Assembly: GCA_002269645.1 (NCBI GenBank) | Contig: NIVC01003824.1 | Location: 1 to 64,000, forward strand | Reading direction: 5' to 3' | Length of the DNA stretch: 64,000 nucleotides | DNA from: Macrostomum lignano | Taxonomy: Eukaryota | Part shown: positions 1 through 12,400 of the stretch, in pieces | Layout of the letters: each line of letters starts with the position of its first letter | How positions within the stretch are numbered: the stretch's first letter is position 1 | Notes under the pieces: model-generated | The model's database searches: none | What the model was told of the DNA's origin: nothing | What the model saw: the letters and a program-made list of their open reading frames with translations, nothing else | Made by a program: the position numbers and the translations under genes

Positions 1-2280
1 TATTTTCAGTCATAGTTTCATTTTCATTTTTGGGGCTCCCCAAACGGGAGGATTGCTAGTCTAATATTGCTAGTCTGTCTATTTGTTTGTAATGCATTGG
101 TTCAATTTTTTTTCTGCAACTTGGTTCATTCGATGTAAATCGCTAGGATTAGGGTTAAAAGGAGAGAAGGATCTCGCGGCGATGATGGTCTTCTCTCTGG
201 TGATGATGGTCGAAGCCAGGATCTGTCCCCCCGGAGAGTGATCTGGTGGGCCTAGCTGCGGTGCTGCACGTGGAAAGAGCTGGTGAGCATGATGTCCAGC
301 GATTCCCTGCCGCGCTAGTATCGGGTAGTGTTCCGGGCCCTTCCAACGTCCGCCTGTTGCTGCAGCTTTCGCGGCTTTCCCCTAGACGGGGTCCACGTGA
401 CGGGTCATGAAGCACAGGAGCCTCTTTTTCCTGTTTGTGCTTACAATTCTCCGGGGCGGTGGACAGGTGATGTCGAATTCGAAAATGAAGATTCGAAGAC
501 AAGGGACATGTCCGGAAAGCGGAGCATCCAGCTATCCAACAGACCGAGGATAGCCGTGAAACCGTCTCCGCCCGTCTCCGCAGCGAACCGGAATCCATGC
601 ACGGTTTCAGTGTGTCCGTGATCGCTTGACCCATCTTGAGGAGCTGCTGCCCAGACCGGCTGTCGTCGGGCTGGATGTGGAAGGCCTGGTCCTCGACGCT
701 CGTCTTCAGGCATCGGCTTAGTGTTTGGCCAGCGCCCCCGCTTTGGATCTCTCCGCAGCCGTGCGTGTTTTCTCACGAGCAGAGGTCTCGCCCGCGGAAA
801 GAGCCAGCGGCGCGCCAGAAGCTTTTGCGGCACCGACGCATCCGGCTGACGCGTGGAGTCCGCTTCTTTGTCGGATGTCGGGTCCTCAGAGGCGGCAGAT
901 GATGCGGCTTCCGCTCTCCTCTCTCTTTGCGCTTTCGGAATTTGGAATCCCTGGAAGCGAGCGATGCTACGCGGATTTTTCTTGGAGATGTTGAGTGAGA
1001 AAGTAGGTCAGTATCTTACACATAGTTAGGATTTAAAAATCCATGACTTCATGTACGAGTAGCTCTCACAGTACGGTGATCCATTCGGAATCAGATCCTT
1101 ATGGGGAAATAAGTTTACAAATCACACATGATAAACGAAATTCGCATCTAAAATTCGAAACTTCGAGTTTCCCAGAAAAAAAAACAGACATGCTAGAGAA
1201 AAAAACATATTTAATCAAGGCGTTCGTGAAGTTTAAAAATAACAGTAAGAATACTACGCCATTCTTCTGCCCGTCCATAGTCACCTGGTGCCACCTGTTG
1301 AGGGTCCAGAAGCTTCGCCTGGGTGAAAGTCAATGACCAACAAAGTCAGAGCTGACGCAGACACATGTGGTCGACGTGCTGACGAAATTTGGAGGCTTGG
1401 CAAGGCAGTGCTGAGGCGCAGTGCTGATTGGCGCACAGGGGTGTACTGAATACACAGGCGCTTATGGGAAAAATCCGACCTTCTGGCAGAATCGTTGAAT
1501 ATCTCGATGGTCGGAGGGCTGGCGACTTGATTCTTGTTTGAGAAGGTGCGCAACAAAAAATCTGCCTGTGTTCTTGAATTTCGTGTGCCTGCGTTGCCTC
1601 GTTCCGACGCAACAGAGCAAATGCCAGGGGGAAATTACCACCCCCCCCTCATTGGTAGTTCTACTGTGACGACGTGACTTTTGACGTCTTTTAAGTTCTT
1701 AGTGCAGCAGGGGGTTGAAGACCTAAAGCCCAAAGGGATGGGGCGGAGGAGGCGGCCTGTATGTTGGCGAAAATGCGCTTGATCTTCCCTATCATTTTTT
1801 CAGATGCAGCCGCTTCCCTCGCACCTGGTTGCGCCCCTGCACAAGTGCCTGCGAGTGTTTGCTTTCAAACAAAGCCAGAAGATAGACAGGTGCTGTTGAG
1901 TACAAAAGCTTGCAAAATGGAAAATGAACTGACATCGTGTCTCCAATAGCAGTTGCAGAATTGCACCTGGGACCGCCAATTTTATAAAGCACACAGATAA
2001 ACAGAGATTTAGCCAAACTGCCAAAAGACGTGTGTGAGTTCTATAAACACTCAACCAAGATGGATGCTACATGTACATGTAATACCACTTCTTTGGTCAC
2101 GAGGTCGATTGAGAAGAATCCAACTGAAATCACCCTAGACATAAGCAAGCAAAGTGTCACATGCAAAACTCTGTAAGGTTTAGCAGCCTGATCCAAAATG
2201 TAATTATAGCTCGTAGTTCTAAGCGTATTTCGCATGGAGCTCAACGTCCGTGCTCAGAGATGACCGGCTTTGAGGGGGGG

Positions 2281-2575
2281 GGGTTGTAGCCTACTATAGA
2301 TCGTCGGACTCGCGACTGAAAGGTCGGGGTTCGATTCCCGACCCACTTAGAACAACTTGTGTCCTTAAGCAAGACACTTAACTTTGTATTGCGTCAGTTC
2401 AACCAGCTGTAAAATGGGTGCCAACATTAGCTGAGGTAATTGAGGGTGTGTGCGGCGACCCCCAGTGAACAGCCGTACGCAGCCTTCAGATGCGCCGCAC
2501 AATAGCTGCGGCTGAGCTGTCGGTTGCACATCTGCCCATTAGAGCAGGTGTAATCAATTTTTATTATTTAATAAT
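2281..2575 (+). mobile_element. tRNA-derived SINE (family 1) with CORE-like central segment
   Basis: tRNA-like head with A/B boxes (GTAGCC...GGTTCGATTCCC), central TGTGTCCTTAAGCAAGACACTTAAC...CAGCTGTAAAATGGG resembling the MIR/CORE domain, AT-rich tail; near-identical copies at 9893-11268 and 52072-52396. Confidence 0.85.
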
Positions 2576-3000
2576 TATGATGCAGCTCTGTCAGGCTTCC
2601 TTGCGCATCCTTGAGAATGACGTACTGATTTTGCTCCACAATATGGCCGATTGGCTGTTACGTCTCAGCGTCCACCTTGCACGAGCCAGCCTGAGGCAGT
2701 GTATGCATGTGGCCAGTCTCACTATACTTGTTCTGTACCCTGCCTTTTTATTCATTCTTAAGTTTCTGGCAGCCAAAGCTATTGCGGTGCCTTCATCCAC
2801 CGTTTGAACCATGCAGGGCTCCATCTGTTTTCACTACGGCACTCGTGACAATAATTCTGGTTGCTTGGTTGGACGCAAGTGAGTTGCCATGAGGATTTTG
2901 CTTAGGGACACTTTGGTTAAAAAGAGTCTCACTTTGCCATAGACCATATGGTTTTGACTACAGACATCGCGCTGCACACAGCATCTTAGAAGAGGACCGC

Positions 3001-3110
3001 CTCTGCGTCTGTCGCCTGTCATCTGCGTCTTCATGGACATCCAGAAGGCTTTCGATTCGGTTTCCATGCGAGTCATCCAGAACATCCTTCGCACCCGTAC
3101 AACGTGCTTT
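3001..3110 (+). mobile_element. non-LTR retrotransposon reverse transcriptase fragment
   Basis: translates RLSPVICVFMDIQKAFDSVSMRVIQNIL, the RT (F/L)DxxKAFDSV motif; no intact ORF. Confidence 0.65.
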
Positions 3111-4098
3111 AGCAGCTGTGATGGTCCTGTGTAACAGGAGATGCTTGGGTGATCAAAAGAAATCAAAACGCGAAGGCCTCACGGAGCAGTGATCGATATA
3201 TTTGTTGACGTCAATCTACATAGAGAGCGAGATGTAGACACCATCTTGTAGACTCCGCGAGAAACAAAGAAGAAGAAAAGGAGACCAATCTCTGAGGGAC
3301 TACACTTGTCCAATTGGTAAGCGTTTACCAGCCTTAGTTCTTTGTTGCTAGCATTAATAAATTGATTAATTAAGTTTACGAGAGCAGTTTACTGTCGACA
3401 CATTTAAAAAAGGCCTCCTTGTTTCCTAGGATACATTCCTAGAGGATTTATTGATTGATTTGAGTTATCCGTTACGTTTCGGACGTAACGAAGAAGACGC
3501 TCTTCAGGAGGACCTATTACAGAAACCTAGAGAATTCAATTGTTCATTGGAGCGCACGTTTTATTGTTAATTCCGAGCTCGAGGATCGTCAAGAAATTCT
3601 GATTCGCTCTCGTTTTGGTCGACCCACAGATAAAGTGAAGGATCCACAGAAGCCAGTTTTCACTACAGTACAGCAAAGCCCGCTACACTCTTCAAGACAA
3701 GACGTTTGCAAGCTACTAAAGGAGCCGCTCGAGTAAGAGTTATTTGATTTTGCTTATACATGTACCTAGGCACTTTTTCCCCAGTGTCTAGAAGTGGGAG
3801 TTTTTGAGTGACTGATAACCACTCTTAAACTCTTCACAATCATAGCCAGTGAGATCTGCTGGCCACTGCGTACGCTCGTAGCTGCAGCATAGATTGATAG
3901 ATAGACACACACAAAAACTACTGAGCTCTTGCGCTTACGCGTTCGCGAAACAGGCGGAGGGGCCGGCAGCTGCGGTCTGGGTGCTGAGACCTAGCGCCTG
4001 CAAGTCAGCCACAAAACAGTCAGTTGGAGTCACAGTTCTTCCGCTCCGTCGGCTGATGCAAGAAGATTAGTGCCAACGGGACTCCCGAGGCAGTGGCC

Positions 4099-4690
4099 TG
4101 TTGTGAAGTGAGTTTACTAGCTGGTTCGTTCTGCTAGTTAGTGATTGGGGGTAAGGGAATGCGATGTACATGCGCACTCTGATTGACCTGGTGCGAGTGC
4201 GATCTCCACGGATGCGAGGCAAGCTGCAGAGCCACGTGTCATCACCTCTACGGGTGAGCGACATCATTAGCCCGACTATCGTCATGTTAGACGACGGCTC
4301 GAGGTGGCACACCAGCGTCTGTATGCCTCATGCGGAGCCCGAGGGTGCAAGCACGACTTCGGCAACGGCAATGCCGCCACAGCCGCCAGTGGCTGCAGAG
4401 CCGACAGCGCCAGAAGGCCCGACGGACCCGCCGCCGGCGACCGCTGAGGCCGACGCGGAGCTGCGGCGCAGTACGCGACTGCGGGCACCGCCGTTGTGGT
4501 ACGGCCAGGTCGTGACGCACTGATTGTCAGCTGTGAGGGCAATTAGTGACTGTTAAGGAGGAGGGTGAATGTTGTTAGTGAATTTACTCACTGGTTCGTT
4601 CTGCTAGTTAGTGATTGGTGGTAAGGGAATGCGATGTACAAGCACTCAGATTGTATATGTACATGCGTTCTCGATTAAATATTAAAGTTA
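4099..4690 (+). mobile_element. internally deleted Gypsy-like LTR element remnant
   Basis: ~75-bp direct repeats starting TGTTG at 4099 and 4570; integrase-tail-like peptide ending ELRRSTRLRAPPLWY-stop (4523); polypurine tract AAGGAGGAGGGTGAA at 4555-4569 directly before the second LTR copy. Confidence 0.7.
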
Positions 4691-5040
4691 CTCCACCCTT
4701 CGTGTGAGGGTTAATTGGTTTTCTGGACTTAACCTGACTGACTGGCTTGTCTCTCGCTCACTACATGGGCCCGGCAGCATCCGGCGGCGGCGCCGGTCCA
4801 AAGTGACGCTCAGGGTCTGGAATGCCGGCGTGGTCCATCGCGAGTCTCTGGACGGCAACCTCTCGGGGTAGTGCGCGTCCAGGGCTCGCTCTCGTGTGTC
4901 ATTCGTCGGCACCGCTTCCATGCCGTACAGGAGGATCGGCTCCATGTCACCGTGGAAGAGGCGCACCTTCAGGCCGTCCCTCGCAGCTGAGTTGAAGACG
5001 TTCCTGAGCAGGTGCGCCGCGCGCCAGTTCTGGTTCCTCC
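4690..5040 (-). mobile_element. RTE-like LINE RT C-terminal fragment
   Basis: minus strand reads RRNQNWRAAHLLRNVFNSAARDGLKVRLFHGDMEPILLYGMEAV, like the K(L/V)RLF..VE.ILLYG.E.W segment of RTE/CR1-type ORF2. Confidence 0.6.
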
Positions 5041-5399
5041 TGTCGGAGACGATTGGAGTTCAGACTCGTTGCTAGCGATCCGAAGAACGGAAGTCCTCGC
5101 ACAAGGCGATGGCATCTCCGTTAGCATAAATTATACTGAAAATTATTTCATACTCTACTGCCAGTAGAAATGTAAAAAATACGTCAAGTCAATAATATTT
5201 TCAATACATCTACATATGTACTGACCTACTGAATTGTAGTTTTTTGTCACTACACAACAAGGATGATGATCAGCATCAGCAAAGGCTGAGAGGGTTATGT
5301 ACTATTAATGATATGTAAGTTCTTAGTTATCCACCGACTAGAAACTTATACAGCGTGGTCCATTCTTTTTCCGCACGTACACTGGGGGGGGGGCGCCAC

Positions 5400-6690
5400 A
5401 TTCGGGCTGTCATTGTCTAATAGCTCTTGGATCAGCTTCTTCACTTCCGCCTCCCAGTGCAACGGCAGCTCCTTTGGCAGAATTCGCACCGGGACTCGTC
5501 AGTCAATGCAATGTTGTGCTCGTGACGGTCTGTTAGCCCCGAATTCTTGAAAGGTGTCTCCGCTGCACCGTTGGATAATGGATCCGACAGCTCCCGTGTC
5601 GCTGAGTCTTGCAGGAACGGAGGCTACCGAGCTTACCTTCCCCCTAGGCTATTTGAATCGCGAACAAGCCAGGCAGGCCAGCAATTCAGACAATCTCGGC
5701 GGGGGTTGTTTCTGGAAACCCGATAAGGGGATGCGGAGTTTACTGGGTAGACAGCGTAGCAGAGTGGCTTCTGCCATGTGTCCAATCTGCTGGTGGGCTG
5801 AATACAGTATTGGGGCATCTTGGCTATAAAACGCTGTAAAAAAATTGAAAGTTTTTCTTCTCAAACATCCGGGGGTTAAAACATCCAAAGCAAGCCCCAA
5901 ATCTATGCATGTTCTCTTCTTCTTCTTAAACGGGGGTGGAAAGCCAGGGAGGGGCTTGCCGCGGATCAGCCCGAAAGGGGGCTCTACCGCAGGGATCTGA
6001 CTGGGCCATACTGCCAGGGGCATGTAGCCCGAGAGGCCACGATTGGGACCAGAGCTCAGGACTCTGAGGAGAACATGGTGTATTGGTGCTACTAGCCCAA
6101 ACCTACGGTACAAGACACCGCCAACCCAAAAGTGGAATCAGGGACGGTTCTAGGACCGAGTCCACTCAGACCACCACCCAGCAGAAAAGTCCTCAGGAAA
6201 AAAAAAGCGAAAAAAAAGCTTGGGTTACTACTGAAAGCGGTCCGACAGCGGGGAAACCCCGAAGTCTACGGAAATTGCTTAACTATTGGAGCGAGTCTGG
6301 AAGGCTTGTTTCCGAGGGCGAGACTCCAGGCAGGAAGACCGTCTACCGGCTACAAACCCAAGGGTATCGCCTATCCAGCTCAGTATTGGAGGCCAGGCCA
6401 AGGGGTCGGGAAGGGGCACAAGGAGCAAAAGGACCCGGACTCAGCCGGTATCCTCGATTCGGGACGAACTCATTCCCCAGGACACCAATCCACTGTCAGG
6501 ATGAGAGCCAGAGACACTTAGGCAGGGAGACAACCAGAGGAGCCAGCAGATGGACCAAGGACAGAGCAGGATGGGCCGGGCAGGGAGGGCAGAGCTCATA
6601 ACTCCAAAGATTGGAATGGCAAACTAATGGCCGGGTAAAAACTACCTGGCCTGGCCAGGTAAATTGTTCTCTACTGCTGTTCTGCCCCGA
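5400..6690 (-). mobile_element. degenerate Gypsy gag-protease-RT remnant
   Basis: minus strand: aspartic protease-like LSDTGAVGSII (~5575-5605), RT-start-like VRILPKELPLHWEAEVKKLIQELLDND (~5410-5495), decayed knuckle-like HQQIGHMAE; many frameshifts; upstream limit approximate. Confidence 0.55.
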
Positions 6691-7394
6691 GAATAATTTC
6701 ATATGCTACAACACACCGTACTGCCATTGCTATTTGAAGTAGTAAGTAAATGCATGGTTTAGTAGAAGAGTTACTTGTACCTAAAAACCTGCGTACCTAA
6801 AAAGCAGAACCAAACAGAACCTGTTGAGTTGACAGAACCTGTGCAGCACCCGCAGTGGCGTACATGTACTCAGGATTTTGTATTGCAGAAGGCAGCCCTT
6901 GGGGGGGGGCACCTGTCCATATATCTTCCGGTATGTACGTACATGTAGATTCTCTGTCCAAAAAAGGAGATTTTGTCTTTATTGCGTGGCTTAGAGCTCC
7001 TTTCGTTTCGTTTTTTTGAGGAGATGCAGTTGTTTCAACTAATAAAAAATTGATCGATTTGGTTAATTTTTGTTTGTAGTTTATTTTAGATTGAATGTGG
7101 TTTAACAATTTGAGAGGGAAACTGAACTTTTTATTCATAGAGATGTTTGTTCTTCTACTTTTAAGTTTATATTTTTTTAGTTATTCAGAAGTCAAGTTTA
7201 ACGTTTACACGATGTCAAGGACTTCGTTTCACAGACCCTTGTATTCGATTGGGAATATGGAAAATGAAAGAAATTTATAACCATTTTTATAAGCCTCGAA
7301 ATCATGCGGCAGCATCAGAATTCAATAAGATATGAAAATTAGCCACCTGCGCATTTTTTCACCGAACATTGGAAACCTGGTGCAGGTCCTGCCG

Positions 7395-7760
7395 TTAAAA
7401 CACGGGGGCTAGCAAATCACCGGGCCATTCATCCAGCGCTCCATCTTCTTCGTGAACTCGGCGTCCGTGGCTTTGATCTTGTCGAGCGGCTTCTCGGGTT
7501 TCTCGGTTGGGTGAATCGAAGGAGCCTGGTTTGGTGCGGGCGTCGGCTTGTCGGAGCGACTCACCCGGATTGAGATCGAAGCTCTCAGACAGGTAGCTGT
7601 TCAGAGTCTTGGTCAGGTTGAAGGACGTCTTGCCGTCCACGCTGACCAGGACGTTCAGCTCGATGTCGCCTCCTGACGCCTCTTTGCGCTGATCCTCACT
7701 GCCTTGCTGCTGATCCTCGACGCCGAGGCAGAGCATCGAGGGAAGCAGCAGTAGCAGCAC
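7395..7760 (-). CDS. possible small secreted-protein exon or pseudogene, unknown function
   Basis: hydrophobic leader FLLLVLLLLLPSMLCLG then hydrophilic body, protein-like codon usage; no clear ATG start and no recognisable domain. Confidence 0.3.
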   Translation of the reverse strand: MLLLLLPSMLCLGVEDQQQGSEDQRKEASGGDIELNVLVSVDGKTSFNLTKTLNSYLSESFDLNPGESLRQADARTKPGSFDSPNRETREAARQDQSHGRRVHEEDGALDEWPGDLLAPVF

Positions 7761-8702
7761 TAGAAGAAGAAACGGTGATATAGATGGGCAAGAGTTGGTC
7801 TGATTTCACAAATTGAGACGGCTAGAGGATGTCTTGGAGAAGTCCGATTGGCCGCCCACTGTTAACCCAGCAGCTTCCGTGTCACGAGGATCTGCGCCAG
7901 TGTGCCGCGGTGAGGCTGGAACTCGATCTGCTCAGGTCGCTGGTTCGAATCCAGCACGAGCTGCAACCGCGATTGCAGCATCCAGTTGAACAGCTTCCAA
8001 GCTCTCCTCCCGAGAGCCTTGATGTTTCAGCAATTCTTCTACAGAATAAGAAGACAGAAGAAGAGCCACCTAATTTTATTAATTCCCCCATTAGTATTTT
8101 TTGGTTGACGGGGCGATTCTTTCATAGTTGAACCTCCTGACCCTTAGCCTAAACTAAATAAATAGAATATAGTTTAATATTTTTAATTGATATATATAGA
8201 TTCCTTAGTGACTGACAGGGTTTCCGCCGCCAGGAGCCCAGTCAGTGCAGCAGCTCTCGAGCTGCCTTGAACGCATGCGGGACATGAACCCCAGGGTCGG
8301 CTTGTGAGTCAGATTTGGGAAAGTTCTCCTTACTTTCCTCCTCTTACTTTACCTTTCAGGTGGGTTGGGGTTGCAGGTGAGTAGGATCGCAACCTACACA
8401 GCCGTGACACAGCCGTGACACTGCCCACCGTGCAGTGTGGCGGTCTTGGCTTCTGTCTTGGCCGTATTGGGTACGGGTTCTGCGAGGAAGTGAACCTGTA
8501 TGCATCAGGTACCTTTGGCCACGGCTCTGAGGAACAGGATTTACCCTCTAACCTTAGCGGGGTAGAACCACGGGTGATGGCTCAGCAACAGTGTTGATGA
8601 AATCGTACACATTGCCGATCTTTTGAACCGGGTCTATGATTCATGACTAAGTTCCAGAGAATCAGGCTTGAGGACTGACGCCCTACGGAGTCCGATGGGA
8701 GA

Positions 8703-8846
8703 TCATTTACATGATCGTGCGTGGTGCTCGTACGGGCCCGGGATTCGAGAGCCAGCTAGGATTCCAAACACATTATCGAAGGCACTATCAGTGTCGAGAA
8801 AAAGCGAGAGCGCATACCCTCTGGTCAAGCACGGCCTACGATGCTT
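8703..8846 (-). mobile_element. LINE RT fragment (I/R1/LOA-like)
   Basis: minus strand RGYALSLFLDTDSAFDNV resembles RT motif ALGVFLDIEGAFDNV. Confidence 0.55.
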
Positions 8847-9683
8847 CCGGCTGACGCACACCGGCTGACGCACACCGGCTGACGCACACCGGCTGACGCA
8901 CACCGGCTGACGCACACCGGCTGACGCACACCGGCTGACGCACACCGGCTGACGCACACCGGCTGACGCACACCGGCTGACGCACACCGGCTGACGCACA
9001 CCGGCTGACGCACACCGGCTGACGCACACCGGCTGACGCACACCGGCTGATGCACACCGGCTGATGCACACCGGCTGACGCACACCGGCTGACGCACACC
9101 GGCTGACGCACACCGGCTGATGCACACCGGCTGATGCACACCGGCTGACGCACACCGGCTGACGCACACCGGCTGACGCACACCGGCTGATGCACACCGG
9201 CTGACGCACACCGGCTGACGCACACCGGCTGACGCACACCGGCTGACGCACACCGGCTGACGCACACCGGCTGACGCACACCGGCTGATGCACACCGGCT
9301 GATGCACACCGGCTGACGCACACCGGCTGACGCACACCGGCTGACGCACACCGGCTGACGCACACCGGCTGATGCACACCGGCTGATGCACACCGGCTGA
9401 CGCACACCGGCTGACGCACACCGGCTGACGCACACCGGCTGATGCACACCGGCTGATGCACACCGGCTGACGCACACCGGCTGACGCACACCGGCTGACG
9501 CACACCGGCTGATGCACACCGGCTGATGCACACCGGCTGACGCACACCGGCTGACGCACACCGGCTGACGCACACCGGCTGACGCACACCGGCTGACGCA
9601 CACCGGCTGACGCACACCGGCTGACGCACACCGGCTGACGCACACCGGCTGACGCACACCGGCTGACGCACACCGGCTGACGC
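8847..9683. repeat. 14-bp minisatellite (CTGACGCACACCGG)n, ~60 copies
   Basis: exact tandem period 14; only variant is CTGATG...; source of the spurious RQPVCVSRCASAGV ORFs. Confidence 0.97.
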
Positions 9684-9892
9684 TCTCCTCTGTTTTCTGG
9701 CGAAATTCTTAAAAGCGGGCGATGCTACGGGCCGTCTTTTTTAAAGATGTGGGGCTTGCTTGAGTAGGTAAGTCAATATTGCCTGTTAGCCGTGGGGGGC
9801 CCGATTGTACAAATCAATGGACTACTATGTAGACTATAACGAAGTGTTCCTAGTGGTCCTTGAATATACGGTGATCCGTTTGGAGTCTTGGC

Positions 9893-11268
9893 AATAAATA
9901 ATAATAATAATAAATTTCACCTGCTTAATGGGCAGATGTGCAACCCACAGGTCAGCCGCAGCTATTGTGCGGCGCATCTGAAAGGCTGCGTACGGCTGTT
10001 CAGTCCAAGGACTGAGGGAAGGGGGGTCGCCACACGCACCCTCAATTTCCCCAGCTAATGCTGGCACCCATTTTACAGCTGGGTGTGATGTGTTCCTTAT
10101 TACCCGACTTTCGGTAATCAAGGAACAATCACTTCTAGCTCTATAGCTAGGCAACCCAGTAATCAAATGAAGGTATGTATTACCTTGAGTCCTGTCTCGG
10201 AGAGCTCTTCCTTGTTCTGTAGTTCTCGGATTTCCTTTGACTCTCGAACTTCGCTAGACGTCGATGTTCGTCACCAGGTCCGCGTTCCTTTACTTCCACT
10301 GAAGTCGTTTCCGGCCGGTATCTGTAGTGCGGACCAATGGGAAGCTTCCAAATCAACAATGGGTACCCTGCGCCAAACTGCGGTTTAATATAAGCCTACT
10401 CCTTCTAGTAGTGCCTCTATGCACTCTAGGTATAGCTCCGGAAACCACTGATAGTCTTCTAAGATCTATCAGGGGCAGTCCTTCTGGAGACTGCAACCAG
10501 TGGAGTCTAAACAGACTCAGGAGTCTCAACAGACTCACAATAAACTCAAGTCACTCTTGGACTTGAGCGAGACGTCTCAACCAACAGGCGCAAATGAGTA
10601 AGGCTTACCGCAAGAACTCGACCACGTCTTCGAGTTGCTTCAGGAAGTCTGCTGCAGAGCTTCCTCTTCGGAGCTTTCTCTCTCGGAGAATTGTGGCTCC
10701 GGGTCCGTTCCGGACCACTTGTATTTATAGGCAAATGGACCCCCATGAGGTCACGTGGGTCCAACTCTTCAGCTGTCAAAAAGGTCACGGTTTGGTTGCT
10801 GTCAAACATGGCAGGGTAGAAAGTTACTCCATTGGTTTAGTGTAAAAGCGCGTGATTGGTCATCGCATTCGAGTTATTTTTAGTTACATTTGATTGGGTC
10901 ACGTGCGTACGGTTGAATGATGCATCTTTCCTGGGGTTTGCGTTCGACAAGTACAGGTTACACGTGATTGGGTGATTTCTAAATTTAGCATGCTCAAGGT
11001 CTCTCTCTTTCTATTGGTTAGTCAGAATATACTTATAATTCAAAGCATACCTTTATTCATGCTCTTCAACTTACTACTGAATAAAATGTGTGAGTAGTAC
11101 GTTAACACTTTTATGTCTTTTTTTACGGGAGGTAGAACACTCTACAGGTGAACTGAAGCAATGCAGAGATAAGTGTTCTTCTCAAGGACACAAATGTTCC
11201 GAGTGGATCGAGAATTCAACCCCGACATTTCATCCGTGAGTCCGACCTCCAACCACTAGGCTACAGTC
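9893..11268 (-). mobile_element. SINE family 1 copy interrupted by a solo LTR
   Basis: 3' half at 9893-10085 and 5' half at 11147-11268 join seamlessly (CAGCTGGGTG|AACTGAAGC) when compared with the intact copy at 52072-52396. Confidence 0.85.
10086..11146. mobile_element. solo LTR, 1061 bp, 4-bp TSD GGTG
   Basis: starts TGATGTGTTC, ends GAACACTCTACA (TG...CA, imperfect terminal inverted repeat); GGTG duplicated at 10082-10085 and 11147-11150; orientation uncertain. Confidence 0.85.
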
Positions 11269-12299
11269 CCCTTGGATCTTGGGTGTTGGGTGTAGCCGTG
11301 GGTGGTGTCAGGAAAAGATTCTAAAAATCACACATGATCGACACAAGCATGCAGAATTTTTTTCTTATTCCATTCGTTATTCCTGCATCTAAAATTCGAA
11401 GAGATTATTCCAGAGAAAATTATCCTGAATCAGGTGCGCACGAAGATTTCAAATGTTTAAAGACACATCTAGGCGTGATTCAAATTGTTTGACGCGCGGT
11501 AGCTTTTGGTGTCTTTGAAGTCCCTGTCGTGGCGCAGCCGGAAAATTGTTCAGGAGGCGGATTCTAGAATCTATAATTGCTAGCTGAGGAGGCGGGCCTT
11601 TGTATTTTGGCGAAAATTCGCTGGGTCCCCCTTTTATATTTTTCAGGTGTTTACTGAAAAGTAGGGCTTTTTTCAGGTCCAGAAGCGGCTCTAAGCGCTT
11701 GCTTTGACCACAAGCTTTCAAACGAATCCGAAAGTGCTTCCTGACGTCGTGTCTCGATTAGTAGTCGCAGAACCGCAACTGGGACCGCCAACTTTATACA
11801 GCAGCACAGATAAACAGAGATGTAGCTCCCGGTAAATTCTCAAGCACGTGGTGTGGGTTTAATAAACAGTCAGCTACAATGTACATGTAGCTAGCCAAGA
11901 TATATGTTGCATGCCCCCCCCCCCCCAAAAAAAACTCTTTTGGCCATGAAGTCGGTTCAGGACTCGCTTCTTGGCCGATTTCTTGGCCATAGACAGTGCG
12001 TGCTATTGGGGGTACCGGCCGGTATTTATCGTACATTTCATCCTAAGCATGGCACAGCCCAGAAACCCTCCCGAAAGTTGTCTGTATGACTGTGAGGATT
12101 TTTGGATAAAGTGAAGGCTATAAACTTTTTTGACCGTGTCTACAACGAAAGAAAAGGTTAGCTACTACTCGGCTGTTCAGCTAATTTAATACTACTATAT
12201 GAACCCAGATCGGGGGTTTTTGCGAAGGTCCGTCGGGCTGATGTCGGCCTCTAGCACCGCGGCAAGGTGCTCCCTCGGGGTGTACCACCTCCCCTGGGG

Positions 12300-12400
12300 T
12301 GTACCTCCAGCAGGGTGGGCCTCCAGCGAGTGTACCTCCAGCGGGGTGGGCCTCCAGCGAGTGTACCTCCAGCGGGGTGTGCCTCCAGCGAGTGTACATC
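12300..12400. repeat. 31-bp tandem repeat x ~3
   Basis: GTACCTCCAGCGGGGTGGGCCTCCAGCGAGT repeated. Confidence 0.8.

Noticed and set aside
155-994. Overlapping ORFs in a GC-rich block
   Set aside because: No recognisable domain or consistent frame; treated as part of a decayed duplicated block
3203-4070. Possible second solo LTR starting TGTTGACG
   Set aside because: LTR-like composition, but no matching CA end or TSD could be identified
8200-8700. Possible LINE 5' UTR remnant
   Set aside because: Only an impressionistic resemblance (GGGTTGGGGTTGCAGG...GCAACC); not supportable without a database search
8703-9673. Three ~300-aa CVSRCASAGVRQPV ORFs
   Set aside because: 14-bp minisatellite open in all three frames; only the last ~45 aa derive from an RT fragment
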